Below are positions 8,303 to 18,781 of a DNA stretch of 64,000 nt, piece by piece. How positions within the stretch are numbered: the stretch's first letter is position 1; every line of letters begins with the position of its first letter. Source of the stretch: an uncultured Bacteroidota bacterium. Lineage in GTDB: Bacteria > Bacteroidota > Bacteroidia > Flavobacteriales > Flavobacteriaceae. Location: NCBI GenBank assembly GCA_902590705.1, contig CACIXU010000003.1:72574-136573 (forward strand), given 5' to 3'. The position numbers were made by a program, and so were the translations under genes. The notes under the pieces were generated by a model. It searched no databases and was not told the DNA's origin. It saw only the letters and a program-made list of their open reading frames with translations.

Positions 8303-9370
8303 TTAATCTACAAATACTGCCTTTGCAACACCGTGAGTATTATTTCCTTCTAACTTTGTTAAAAAATCATCTACCCAAATTGCAGGGACTTTAGTTTGGG
8401 TTTCGGTAGCTACATTACCGGCAACTAAAACAAACCCATCTGCAGCAGCTACATCATGGGCTGTACTAACCCACATATTATTAAAGACTCCACCTGGAAG
8501 ATCAAATTTTGTTCCATCGTGCCAATAATGTGCATAAGTACCTCCAGTTCCTGGTATATCTTTCCCATTGTCAGTTTCGATAATCCAATCTATCTTACCA
8601 GCCACATATACTCCAGTTTCATCTACAAAACCCCTATAACTTTCACCTCCATAAATACCTTTTTGCCACCCTCCACCATTTGGCATATCGTTTCTTGAAT
8701 TTAACTTCCAATATGATGCTTTAGGTACATAACCAGTCATATTATTAGGTGCCATGCTATATCCAAAGAAATAGGGGGTTCCATTATAAATTTTAACATC
8801 CTTAACTTCACCATCTCCTCCCGAGGGTACACTTAGATTAGATCTATTGCCATTTTTCCATCTAGCTGGAATAACATAATGATGATTATTCATATAGTAT
8901 CCGCCTACAAATACATCACCATTTTGTTTTATTGCTATACCATATCCTGATGAATCTCCACCAGATAATTTATTTTGTGTTGTATTTTTCCAGTAACATG
9001 CCCCGTCATCTCTTCCTGCTGTATATACATCACCGTCATGAACAGCTATAGAATAGGCTTCTGCACCATTACCCTCTAAATCAAATGATTCATTATCAAT
9101 CCAGTAAGAAGCTGACCCTCCATAATTCCATCCGACAGCATAGACTTTACCATCACTTACCACAATATCTTCAAGTTGACCAGGACCAAGATCTACTCTT
9201 TTTCCATTTAGCCAATAACATGCAGTACTATTACCAGATTTGTCTGCAATATATCCAGCTACATAAACATTTCTGCCAGAGATTATTTCATTACCAACAT
9301 TTACAGTGTCTTTTTCTGTACATTTTATTGAGATCAATGTTAGTAATGTAAGGGTAAATAGTTTTCTCAT
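8303..9370 (-). CDS. Secreted (possibly lipid-anchored) protein with seven ~45-50 aa repeats, beta-propeller-like; function unknown
   Basis: Signal peptide MRKLFTLTLLTLISIKC. Seven repeats share the pattern [VF]Y[VA].G ... [AP].[YRI]W...G....L: VYVAGY/ACYWLNG, VYAVGW/ASYWIDN, VYTAGR/ACYWKNT, VFVGGY/PARWKNG, PYFFGY/ASYWKLN, VYVAGK/AHYWHDG, VLVAGN/PAIWVDD. Confidence 0.75.
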   Translation of the reverse strand: MRKLFTLTLLTLISIKCTEKDTVNVGNEIISGRNVYVAGYIADKSGNSTACYWLNGKRVDLGPGQLEDIVVSDGKVYAVGWNYGGSASYWIDNESFDLEGNGAEAYSIAVHDGDVYTAGRDDGACYWKNTTQNKLSGGDSSGYGIAIKQNGDVFVGGYYMNNHHYVIPARWKNGNRSNLSVPSGGDGEVKDVKIYNGTPYFFGYSMAPNNMTGYVPKASYWKLNSRNDMPNGGGWQKGIYGGESYRGFVDETGVYVAGKIDWIIETDNGKDIPGTGGTYAHYWHDGTKFDLPGGVFNNMWVSTAHDVAAADGFVLVAGNVATETQTKVPAIWVDDFLTKLEGNNTHGVAKAVFVD

Positions 9371-9634
9371 TTATAATATTATTACTTGTTCGCAAAGGTA
9401 TGTTTCGTATTAAAATCCACTCAATATTTGTATTAAAAGATTTTTGGGATATGGTTTTCAATAATTTTCTAATTAATTACATAAAGTTTAGATTAAAAAA
9501 ATAAAAATATTAGTAAATATTATTTTGAGGTTAAAAGGTTCTATTAAGATTTCTGAAATCTTCGCAACTGACAATAAATCATAATTTTAACATAAAATCG
9601 CTTCACAGCCATAAGTGTAATTGTAAGACTTGGG

Positions 9635-11590
9635 TTAAAGAACTCTATTTAGTCTCTTTGAGATAACTTTTTTTAGCTGTTGATAGCTTAATATGTCTTG
9701 AAGAATATCATCATTTTTATTATTTAGTTTGGTTTGTTCTTGAAGTTCAATAATTTTTTGATCGATTAAAAAACGTCTCAAAGATAAAATCGTCTCACTT
9801 ACCAGCTGAACAACTTCAGTCCCTTTATTTTTAACAAAAATATTCCGCTTTTCCCATTCATGAAGCTGATGTTGTTCATCTCTCATAACCAAGTCGGTAA
9901 TTATTTCATTTTGATCTAAATCATTCGATTGCATTAATTTTTCAAGATTAATGTTACCGCCATTTTTTTGATGACTTTCAACTAATTGATAGAAAAGATT
10001 TCTAAAGTTATCATTTGATAGTTCAACTTCATCTTCCTGTAAATCCAAAAAAATTTTTTCATAAACCTTAACATTAGTAGTTCTAGACTCCTCGATTAAT
10101 TCACCTTTATCATCAGTCTGCATAATAGAATCTTCAAAATCTAATTCTAAATTACCATAAGTTAAAAGAATAAAAATTATTTGTTTTTCTAACTCGAAAA
10201 TTTGATCAACTTTAAGACTAGGAGTATTTGTTTTTTTTAAAAGGGTATTCACAGGTTTCGAAATTATTTTTTTCGAACCTATTTGCTTATTTTTTTGATT
10301 TAATTGAGCTAAGGCACTAAATAAAGCTTCCTCAGAAATCTCCATGATACTAGCACAGTTTCGAATGTAAATTTCTTGTTTGATTACATTAGGTATTTTT
10401 GAAATACTATCAATAATTTCTAAAACGGTATCGGACTTTTTGATTGGATCATTCTTAGCTTCTTCAGAAAGCATTGAAGCTTTAAACTGAATGAAATCTT
10501 TTGGTGCTTTTTCCAAGAAAGAAATAATATCTCTTGTATTATTTTTTTTTGCAAAACTGTCTGGATCCTCCCCTTCGGGAAAACTACAAACCCTAACATT
10601 CATGCCTTGCTCTAAAATCAGATCAATTCCCCTTAGCGAAGCTCTTAATCCCGCTGCATCTCCATCAAAAAGGACAACAATGTTACTAGTTAATCGATTG
10701 ATCATTCTAATTTGATCCACTGTTAAAGCGGTTCCAGAGGACGAAACAACATTAGTAATTCCAGATTGATGCATTTGAATCACATCAGTGTATCCCTCTA
10801 CCAAATAGCAAATATCTTTTTTAGCAATTGCCTGTTTGGACTCATAAATACCGTAGAGTACTTTACTTTTTTGATAAATATCACTTTCAGGGGAATTTAA
10901 ATATTTAGCTGTTTTAGATTTAGTCGTAAGTATTCTTCCGCCAAAACCAAGTACGCGGCCCGACATACTTCTTATGGGAAAGATCACCCTCCCTCTAAAT
11001 CTATCAACTTGACTTCCCTCATTGACAATAACCAAACCTGTGCTTTCTAGGAACTTTAGTTGATAGCCATCCTTTTGAGCCTGTTTGGCAAATGCATCGA
11101 ATTGTTCAGGGGCATAACCTAGGGAAAACTTTTTTTTTGTTTCTTCTGTAAAACCTCTTTCTTTAAGGTAAGTCAAGCCAATAGACTTTCCCTGCTCAGT
11201 CTCTGTTAAATAATTCTCAAAAAATTGAGTTGCATATTCAGTAACCAAAAACATACTTTCTTTTAAGTCTTTAATTTTTCTATTCTCTGAGGACTGAATG
11301 GATTCCTCAATTTCGATATTATACTTTTTGGCAAGAAAACGAATAGCTTCAGGGTAGGTGAAGTGTTCATGTTCCATTAAAAAAGCAATGACATTACCTC
11401 CTTTTCCACTACTGAAGTCTTTCCAAATTTGCTTAGCTGGAGAAACCATAAAACTGGGTGTTTTTTCCTGAGAAAAAGGGCTTAGTCCCTTAAAATTAGC
11501 TCCAGATTTTTTAAGGGTAACAAACTCTCCGATTACTTCCTCCAGTCGGGTAGTTTCATAAACTTGATCTATTGTAGTTCTTGATATCAA
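9635..11590 (-). CDS. dnaG: DNA primase DnaG
   Basis: EKTPSF primase N-terminal motif, TOPRIM motifs EGYTDV and LFDGDAAG; 651 aa. The zinc-ligand positions are substituted (see findings). Confidence 0.9.
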   Translation of the reverse strand: MISRTTIDQVYETTRLEEVIGEFVTLKKSGANFKGLSPFSQEKTPSFMVSPAKQIWKDFSSGKGGNVIAFLMEHEHFTYPEAIRFLAKKYNIEIEESIQSSENRKIKDLKESMFLVTEYATQFFENYLTETEQGKSIGLTYLKERGFTEETKKKFSLGYAPEQFDAFAKQAQKDGYQLKFLESTGLVIVNEGSQVDRFRGRVIFPIRSMSGRVLGFGGRILTTKSKTAKYLNSPESDIYQKSKVLYGIYESKQAIAKKDICYLVEGYTDVIQMHQSGITNVVSSSGTALTVDQIRMINRLTSNIVVLFDGDAAGLRASLRGIDLILEQGMNVRVCSFPEGEDPDSFAKKNNTRDIISFLEKAPKDFIQFKASMLSEEAKNDPIKKSDTVLEIIDSISKIPNVIKQEIYIRNCASIMEISEEALFSALAQLNQKNKQIGSKKIISKPVNTLLKKTNTPSLKVDQIFELEKQIIFILLTYGNLELDFEDSIMQTDDKGELIEESRTTNVKVYEKIFLDLQEDEVELSNDNFRNLFYQLVESHQKNGGNINLEKLMQSNDLDQNEIITDLVMRDEQHQLHEWEKRNIFVKNKGTEVVQLVSETILSLRRFLIDQKIIELQEQTKLNNKNDDILQDILSYQQLKKVISKRLNRVL

Positions 11591-11679
11591 ATAAAAAATT
11601 AAAATTTACATAAAAATATAATTATATAATCACTGAGCAAAAAAGGCTAGAGAAATTAAAATCAAAATTATGAACAGCC

Positions 11680-12657
11680 TTATATAGCCCTTTCAATAAC
11701 ATAATTGACCATTAGCTCTAGTGATTTCCTGTAGGGACTTTCAGGTAGATCTTTCAAAATTTCGAGAGCTTTAACACGATAACTCTCCATTTTTTTTTCA
11801 GCAAAATTCAATCCTCCTACAATCTTTATTTTTTTTATTGCCTCTTTTACTCTTTTTTTATCTTTATTGTGGTTCTTAACAGTATTAATTAACCATTTTC
11901 TTTCACTTGGCTCCATTACATTCAAAGCATGAATCATAGGAAGTGTCATCTTTTGATCCTTGATATCAATTCCTGTAGGTTTTCCTATTTTTCCCCCTGA
12001 ATAATCGAAGAGATCGTCTTTGATTTGAAAAGCCATACCTAATAATTCACCAAAACTGTACATTTTTTTAACCTCTTCATCAGTAGCTAAAACAGATTTT
12101 GCTCCCATAGCACAGCAGGCAGCCAAAAGAGTAGCTGTTTTCTGGCGAATTATATCATAATAAATATCTTCAGTTATATCGAGATCCCTTGCTTTTTCAA
12201 TTTGCATTAACTCTCCTTGACTCATCTCCCTGACAGCAATTGAAATAATTTTAAGTAAATCGAAATCTTCATTTTCTATTGAAAGCAGCAAGCCTTTTGA
12301 TAAAAGATAATCACCTACTAAAACTGCAATTTTATTTTTCCACAAAGCGTTTATAGAGAAAAAACCTCTACGCTCATTACTATCATCTACCACATCATCA
12401 TGAACAAGTGTTGCAGTGTGAATCAATTCAATTACAGCAGCCCCCCTAAAGGATCTTTCATTAACCCTGCCATTTCCCATCATCTTAGCGACAAGAAAAA
12501 CAAACATCGGTCGCATTTGCTTTCCTTTTCTATTTACTATAAAATGAGTAATTCTATTTAGAAGTGAAACATGGGAGGACATAGATTTGGAAAACTTTTT
12601 TTCGAAAAGTTCCATTTCTTCATAAATGGGTTCCTTAATTTTTTCCACAATTTTCAT
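11680..12657 (-). CDS. Polyprenyl diphosphate synthase (trans-isoprenyl, IspB-like)
   Basis: First and second Asp-rich motifs: LVHDDVVDD and FQIKDDLFD. Confidence 0.85.
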   Translation of the reverse strand: MKIVEKIKEPIYEEMELFEKKFSKSMSSHVSLLNRITHFIVNRKGKQMRPMFVFLVAKMMGNGRVNERSFRGAAVIELIHTATLVHDDVVDDSNERRGFFSINALWKNKIAVLVGDYLLSKGLLLSIENEDFDLLKIISIAVREMSQGELMQIEKARDLDITEDIYYDIIRQKTATLLAACCAMGAKSVLATDEEVKKMYSFGELLGMAFQIKDDLFDYSGGKIGKPTGIDIKDQKMTLPMIHALNVMEPSERKWLINTVKNHNKDKKRVKEAIKKIKIVGGLNFAEKKMESYRVKALEILKDLPESPYRKSLELMVNYVIERAI

Positions 12658-12699
12658 ACCTAAGTAAAGATACCACTATTCCTAAAAGGTATTATAAAT

Positions 12700-13755
12700 T
12701 TATGTTTTTATGGATTTGTTTGCGAGCTGACCACAGGCAGCATCAATGTCTTTACCCCTAGATCTTCTTAACGTAACAGTAATTCTATTAGCCTCAAGTG
12801 CAGATCGATAATCACTGATTGTCTCATTATCAGCTTGTAAAAATTCGTTTTCACCAATGGGATTGTATTCAATTAAGTTAACCTTGCAGGGAGTGGATTT
12901 ACAAAGATTGACTAATGCATCAATATCCTCTTTTTTATCATTAATCTTTTTCCAAACAATATATTCATAGGTTACTGGCTTCGAAGTCTTTTCATACCAA
13001 TATTTAATTGAAGTTACCAATTCATTTAAAGGAAATTTCTTTGCAAAAGGCATTAATTGTTCTCTTACAGACTGTCTTGCACTGTGCAATGATACAGCCA
13101 AACTAAATTTCACACCGTCATCTGCCATTTTTATTATCATTTTTGGAATACCCGAAGTAGAAACTGTAATCCTGCTAGGTGAAATCGCCAAGCCATCAGG
13201 CTGAGTGATTTTCTCGATAGAAGCGATCATATTTTTGTAATTCATTAGTGGTTCTCCCATACCCATAAAAACAATGTTAGATAATGGGCGTCCATAATAG
13301 TATCGACTTTGCTGATCCATTGATTTCACTTGATCATATATTTCGTCCATATTTAAATTCCGCATACGTTTAATCTTTGCGGTAGCGCAAAATTTACAAT
13401 CAAGACTGCAACCTACCTGAGACGAAACACAAGCTGTAGTTCTAGTTGCTGTCGGAATCAATACAGACTCAACAATTAACTCATCAAATAATTTGAGTTT
13501 ATTTTTGATTGTGCCATCCTTACTTTTCTGCTGAAAATCAATGGCTAGGTGATTGATTACAAAGTGTTTTTTTAGTAATTCTCTTGTGGATTTAGATAAA
13601 TTAGTCATCCCCTCAAACTTGTGAATACCTTTTTGCCAGAGCCATTTATAAACCTGATTACCACGAAAAGCTTGATAACTATTTTTTATAAAAAAGTCGC
13701 GTAATTCCTCGACGGAAAGTGAACGGATGTCTATTTTATTTTCCTTATCCATCAT
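12700..13755 (-). CDS. rlmN: 23S rRNA/tRNA (adenine-C2)-methyltransferase RlmN (radical SAM)
   Basis: CSLDCKFCAT radical-SAM CxxxCxxC motif and a C-terminal ACGQL motif; 351 aa. Confidence 0.9.
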   Translation of the reverse strand: MMDKENKIDIRSLSVEELRDFFIKNSYQAFRGNQVYKWLWQKGIHKFEGMTNLSKSTRELLKKHFVINHLAIDFQQKSKDGTIKNKLKLFDELIVESVLIPTATRTTACVSSQVGCSLDCKFCATAKIKRMRNLNMDEIYDQVKSMDQQSRYYYGRPLSNIVFMGMGEPLMNYKNMIASIEKITQPDGLAISPSRITVSTSGIPKMIIKMADDGVKFSLAVSLHSARQSVREQLMPFAKKFPLNELVTSIKYWYEKTSKPVTYEYIVWKKINDKKEDIDALVNLCKSTPCKVNLIEYNPIGENEFLQADNETISDYRSALEANRITVTLRRSRGKDIDAACGQLANKSIKT

Positions 13756-13790
13756 TTCATTTTGTTCAACTTACAAAATACTTTGAGGAT

Positions 13791-14840
13791 TTAAAGCACC
13801 AACATAGCATCACCATAAGAATAAAAATTATATTTATTCTTTATAGCTTGGCTGTAGGCTTCTTTAATAAAATCGACATCAGCAAAAGCAGAAACCATCA
13901 TTAATAAAGTGGATTTTGGTGTATGAAAATTTGTAATCATTGCATTTGCAATGGAAAAATCATAAGGGGGGAAGATAAACTTATGCGTCCAACCCTCATA
14001 TGAATTCAAAGAGCCCATTGACGAAACTGAAGTTTCTAAACCTCTCATTACTGTTGTTCCAACTGCACAGATTTTTCTTTTATTTTTTAAAGCATTATTT
14101 ACTATGGAAGCTGTTTCCTGACTAATTATTAATTCTTCAGAATCCATTTTGTGCTTAGATAAATCCTCAACCTCAACAGGACTAAAAGTACCCAATCCTA
14201 CATGAAGCGTTAATTCAGCTAAATCTATACCTTTAATTTGAAGCTTTTTAATTAAATGCTTAGAAAAGTGTAATCCTGCCGTTGGAGCTGCAACTGCACC
14301 CTCATACTTAGCATAAATCGTTTGATATCGTTCCTCGTCCTCAACTTCAATAGGTCTATTAATATATTTAGGAAGCGGAGTTTGACCCAATGCTTTAAGC
14401 TTGGAGCGAAACTCACTGTAGGAGCCATCAAAGAGAAAACGTAATGTCCTTCCTCTAGAAGTTGTGTTATCAATTACCTCAGCGACTAAGCTGTCATCGT
14501 TTCCAAAATAGAGCTTATTACCAATTCTAATTTTTCGGGCGGGATCTACCAAAACATCCCACAATCGCTGTTCTTCGTTTAATTCACGAAGTAGAAAAAC
14601 CTCAATTTTAGCTCCAGTCTTCTCTTTATTTCCAAAAAGTCTAGCCGGGAAAACTTTGGTGTTATTTAAAACCATTACATCCCCCTCATCAAAGAAATCT
14701 ATTATATCTTTAAAGGTATGGTGAGCAATTGTTTTATCTGAACGGTTGAGAACCATTAGTCTAGATTCATCTCTTCCAGCTGAGGGATGTTGTGCTAATA
14801 AATTTTTAGGAAGTTCAAAACTAAAATCTGATAATTTCAT
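13791..14840 (-). CDS. queA: S-adenosylmethionine:tRNA ribosyltransferase-isomerase QueA
   Basis: Typical N-terminus [19 protein letters not shown] and a C-terminal SYGDAMLV motif; 349 aa. Confidence 0.9.
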   Translation of the reverse strand: MKLSDFSFELPKNLLAQHPSAGRDESRLMVLNRSDKTIAHHTFKDIIDFFDEGDVMVLNNTKVFPARLFGNKEKTGAKIEVFLLRELNEEQRLWDVLVDPARKIRIGNKLYFGNDDSLVAEVIDNTTSRGRTLRFLFDGSYSEFRSKLKALGQTPLPKYINRPIEVEDEERYQTIYAKYEGAVAAPTAGLHFSKHLIKKLQIKGIDLAELTLHVGLGTFSPVEVEDLSKHKMDSEELIISQETASIVNNALKNKRKICAVGTTVMRGLETSVSSMGSLNSYEGWTHKFIFPPYDFSIANAMITNFHTPKSTLLMMVSAFADVDFIKEAYSQAIKNKYNFYSYGDAMLVL

Positions 14841-14914
14841 ATTATATTTTTTTGCTCTGCAAATATAAGTTCTGTATCAGGGGGATGTCAAGTAAATTAT
14901 AAAGAAAAGGTAAT

Positions 14915-16141
14915 CTAAATTATTTCCTTAATGAAATCAATACTTTTGAGATCATTCCAAAAAGTAGGATACGATTTAGATACTACTTGAGAATCATTGA
15001 TAATTATAGGTACCTTCAAAGCCAATGGAGCAAAAGCCATTGCCATTCGGTGATCATTATAGGTGTTAATAGCGATATTATTCTTTAACTTAGGGTTTGG
15101 ATAAAGCTTTAAACTATTTCTGGTAATATCGACTTTCGCTCCTAATTTTTCCATTTCAACTTTTAGTGCGTTCAAGCGATCAGTTTCTTTTATTTTTAAC
15201 GTATGTAGACCGCTGAGCTTACATGCAATGCCTAGTCCAAGACAACTAACTGCTATAGTTTGGGCCAAATCTGGAGTGTTTCTTAAATCAAGATTAATCA
15301 ATTTAGCAACATTAAAGTCCTCTACTTTAGATAGTTTAATCGTTCCATTATGAAAGGTAGTAACTACACCCAAACTATTATATATTTCAGATAACGCTGA
15401 ATCCCCTTGATTACTTTCTTTTTTAAATCTTCTTAAGTTTAAATTGCCTCCTTTACACAAGGCTAAAATTGAATAAAAATAAGAGGCAGAACTCCAATCG
15501 GATTCTACAGCCCAAATTTTTGGCTCAATACAAGTAGCTGATGCTATTTTAATTTGATTATTTTTATAAAAAGTATCAAAGCCTAATTTATCTAATATCG
15601 TTTTTGTCATTATGATATAGGGAACTGAGGTCATCTCCCCAACCAAGTCGATTGTCAGTCCTTTTTCCAGGGAAGTTGCTATTAACATTAATGCAGAGAC
15701 ATACTGGCTACTTATATTTGCTGGTAAAGTAACTTTACTTTTACTAATTTTTTTTCCTCTTATTATTAATGGTGGGTAACCATCTTTTTTGTCATAAGTT
15801 ATTTCAGCACCTAAATCTTTCAATGCATTTACTAAAAGCCTTATGGGACGCTCTTGCATTCGTTTTGAGCCAGTGAGAATAATTTCTCGATCCGTTTGGA
15901 TTGAGAAATACGCTGTTAAAAATCTCATTGCAGTTCCAGCATGATGAATATCTATAATTGAATCAGAAGAGTTCAAAGCATCCATGGTAACCTTTGTATC
16001 ATCAGAATTGGATAGGTTTTCAATTTGAATTTTTGGGAATAAAGCTTGTAATATCAATAGACGATTTGACTCACTTTTCGAACCAGTTATTTTAAGATCT
16101 CCTCGTATATAGCTAGATTTATGCCCCAATCTGACCCTCAT
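14915..16141 (-). CDS. aroA: 3-phosphoshikimate 1-carboxyvinyltransferase (EPSP synthase)
   Basis: GSKSESNR and MRFL motifs, and DHRMAMAF near the C-terminus. I trimmed the track ORF to the ATG at 16141, which removes the overlap with the upstream MazG-like gene. Confidence 0.9.
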   Translation of the reverse strand: MRVRLGHKSSYIRGDLKITGSKSESNRLLILQALFPKIQIENLSNSDDTKVTMDALNSSDSIIDIHHAGTAMRFLTAYFSIQTDREIILTGSKRMQERPIRLLVNALKDLGAEITYDKKDGYPPLIIRGKKISKSKVTLPANISSQYVSALMLIATSLEKGLTIDLVGEMTSVPYIIMTKTILDKLGFDTFYKNNQIKIASATCIEPKIWAVESDWSSASYFYSILALCKGGNLNLRRFKKESNQGDSALSEIYNSLGVVTTFHNGTIKLSKVEDFNVAKLINLDLRNTPDLAQTIAVSCLGLGIACKLSGLHTLKIKETDRLNALKVEMEKLGAKVDITRNSLKLYPNPKLKNNIAINTYNDHRMAMAFAPLALKVPIIINDSQVVSKSYPTFWNDLKSIDFIKEII

Positions 16142-16154
16142 AAATTTCAACGCT

Positions 16155-16481
16155 TTATTGTAACTTAGGGTTATTTTTATGCCGTTCGTGGTCTCTTTTA
16201 GATTTAAGTTGCATTTTTTTATCAAATGCCTTTTGTAAATTAACTCCAGTTTGATTAGCCAAACATAGGGTTACAAAAATCACATCAGCTAGCTCCTCTC
16301 CCAAATCTTTGGATTTATCGCTTTCCTTTTCACTTTGCTCACCATATCTTCTAGAGATAATTCTTGCAACCTCACCTACCTCCTCACTTAACTGAGCCAT
16401 GTTGGTCAATTCATCAAAGTAGCGGATACCATGCTCCTTTATCCAGTTATCTACTTTCCTTTGTACTTTTTGTAATTCCAT
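16155..16481 (-). CDS. MazG-like nucleotide pyrophosphohydrolase (single-domain)
   Basis: 108 aa with EExGE...E..D metal-binding helices (LSEEVGEVARII, LGEELADVIFV). Confidence 0.75.
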   Translation of the reverse strand: MELQKVQRKVDNWIKEHGIRYFDELTNMAQLSEEVGEVARIISRRYGEQSEKESDKSKDLGEELADVIFVTLCLANQTGVNLQKAFDKKMQLKSKRDHERHKNNPKLQ

Positions 16482-16553
16482 TTCCTACGAATTTAAAACA
16501 TTCCAAACGCTATCTATAACTAAATCAATAAAATCGTTATCATTTTTTCATTT

Positions 16554-17246
16554 TCAAATAAAATTTTGAATCTCATTTAGGGTTTTGACAATTGGACAAT
16601 AATCATGTAAAGGTTCATTATGAGAATTAAAATGTATGGCTCCCATCCCTGAGTTTATAGCTCCGAGTATATCTGCCTCTAAACTGTCCCCAATCATTAT
16701 ACTTTCTGAAAATTTTGAAGCAGTTAGATCTAAAGCATACTTAAAAATTATGGGATTCGGTTTTTTATAACCTACTTTTTCAGCCGTTATTATTTTATCA
16801 AAATAGGGAGATAGTCCAGAATTTTTAATCTTATAATGCTGAACTTTATCAAAACCATTAGTTATAATGTGAAGTTTATATTTTTTTTTAAGCTCATCCA
16901 AAAGCTTAAAAGCTCCATCAAAAAGATTGGTAAAAGTTGAAAGATAACGAATATATAAGTCGGAAAGTGTGCTAATTTTTTTTAAGTCAAAATCATAATC
17001 AATTGCCTTAAAAGTTTCAATTAGACGTTGGTTTCTTAACTCAATTTGAGTGATTTTATTTTCGCGATAAAGCTTCCAAAAATTGTGATTGATTCCTTCG
17101 TAAGCAGATAAAAAAGGATCAAGAGCAGTCTGAATATTCATTTCTTGAAAAATACGTTCAAAAGTCAGAGAGGAGTTTTTTTCAAAATCCCATAGGGTGT
17201 GATCTAAGTCAAAAAATATATTGCATAAGATTCCTTTATTTTGCAT
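16554..17246 (-). CDS. HAD-superfamily hydrolase (YjjG-like nucleotidase type)
   Basis: Motif I FFDLDHTLWDF and motif IV IGDSLEADILGA. Confidence 0.8.
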   Translation of the reverse strand: MQNKGILCNIFFDLDHTLWDFEKNSSLTFERIFQEMNIQTALDPFLSAYEGINHNFWKLYRENKITQIELRNQRLIETFKAIDYDFDLKKISTLSDLYIRYLSTFTNLFDGAFKLLDELKKKYKLHIITNGFDKVQHYKIKNSGLSPYFDKIITAEKVGYKKPNPIIFKYALDLTASKFSESIMIGDSLEADILGAINSGMGAIHFNSHNEPLHDYCPIVKTLNEIQNFI

Positions 17247-18534
17247 GATAGAGTAGGTAATTTAGGAATTGGTCTCGCCAACTATTTTTCATGTTATCTT
17301 TAGTCAAAATAGAATTGGAAACCGAAATAATATGAAATGAAGATCTTGTACTAAGACCCTCATACATTTCTTCCAATTTTTTGAATGCTCTATGGTCTGA
17401 AAATTTTCTCATCGCCTCCTCCGTTGCTACGACAGGATTAATTTTTAAAGAAGTTTGTAAATCGTTATTTAAATCATAAAAATAAAAGGGCACTGCAGTT
17501 GAAGCACGATATCCTATTACATCGTTATATCCCATACTATAGTCTTCCTCCAATTCTTCACTAATTAAACCATAATAGGCTTTTGCAGATGAAAATAGTC
17601 CATAATTAAATCTAACTGATAAGATTTTTTGATGAATAAGTTTTTTCAGGAATTTCCTTTCTTTTGAAAGGATTGAGGGGTCGTTTTGTGCATAATATGA
17701 AACCAAAAGAGAGACCTTATTATAATCAGCAACATCCTTTACAAGGTTTCTGTAAGCTGTCTTATAAATCGATAGACCCCGTTCAAAATTGGGATTCTTA
17801 GTAAAGAGAAAAAAATATTGGGGATGTATATTTAAGTCCTTAAACAACTTTTCTAATTCACCAAAGTTATCATAAGGGTCTTTTTTTAATCCAAAAAGGA
17901 CCAAAAATTGCTCCGCTATTGAAAAAAATTCTAACCTCCATACAAACGATAAAAAATCAGATAAGTGAAATAATAGAGATTTCTTTTTATACTGGAATGG
18001 ATTGACAACTGAAATTATGGGTAAGAATTTTGGTTTTTTCCATGAAATATGTGAAAGATCTGGAAAAAAACTATTTAGCTGATCTTTTAATCTTACTGCC
18101 CACAAATCAACAATAGGTTTTTCTAAAAAACTATTTTTGTAAGCCAAGCTTTGGTAGGGGGTATAAGAACCTAACTCATCCTTGATATGCGGCAAATATT
18201 CCTCATACCTACTAATTAAATAAAAAGAAGCTGCAAAAACATCGTAAGGTAATCGTGATTCAGATCCAGTTTTAAAAAAAGCTGGAAGTCCTTTCCATTT
18301 TTCAATTTCAAATTCAATTTCCTGAATACCCTGCTGAAATAATAGTTCATGTGACTTTATAAAAAACTCATTTCCAAGCGGTTGTTTAGTATAACTTAAT
18401 TTAGGTCCAGAATGGGAAATAAATTTCTCAATCTTAGAAGTAAATGAAACTGGAAGTTCAAGAATTCTTACAAATATTTGTCTGAAAATATAGGTTAAAC
18501 GAGGCGTAATTTTGTGAGAATAGACAAGTATCAT
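17236..18534 (-). CDS. Conserved hypothetical protein (possibly polysaccharide-deacetylase-like)
   Basis: Long ORF. I trimmed the start to the ATG at 18534 (MILVYSHKITPRLTYIFRQIF...), an N-terminus I recall from flavobacterial proteins annotated as the deacetylase family. I could not read any catalytic motifs. Confidence 0.6.
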   Translation of the reverse strand: MILVYSHKITPRLTYIFRQIFVRILELPVSFTSKIEKFISHSGPKLSYTKQPLGNEFFIKSHELLFQQGIQEIEFEIEKWKGLPAFFKTGSESRLPYDVFAASFYLISRYEEYLPHIKDELGSYTPYQSLAYKNSFLEKPIVDLWAVRLKDQLNSFFPDLSHISWKKPKFLPIISVVNPFQYKKKSLLFHLSDFLSFVWRLEFFSIAEQFLVLFGLKKDPYDNFGELEKLFKDLNIHPQYFFLFTKNPNFERGLSIYKTAYRNLVKDVADYNKVSLLVSYYAQNDPSILSKERKFLKKLIHQKILSVRFNYGLFSSAKAYYGLISEELEEDYSMGYNDVIGYRASTAVPFYFYDLNNDLQTSLKINPVVATEEAMRKFSDHRAFKKLEEMYEGLSTRSSFHIISVSNSILTKDNMKNSWRDQFLNYLLYHAK

Positions 18535-18781
18535 TTTTAATAAACTTTCACCTTTGAGGCTAAAATTACCTAATTCTAAAATAATAAGATGATCTATAAT
18601 TATAATTTCAAAAGTATTAGCAGCGTTCAAAAATTTAACAGAAATATGCTTACTTTCTAAAATTAGTTTTACTTTATGTTTTTGATCTAAAGAACATGTA
18701 TTTACTACATAATTAATTTATTAAATTATATGAAAATAAAATTGTTGATTAAAAATGATTGTACCTTTTAATTTGATTAAT

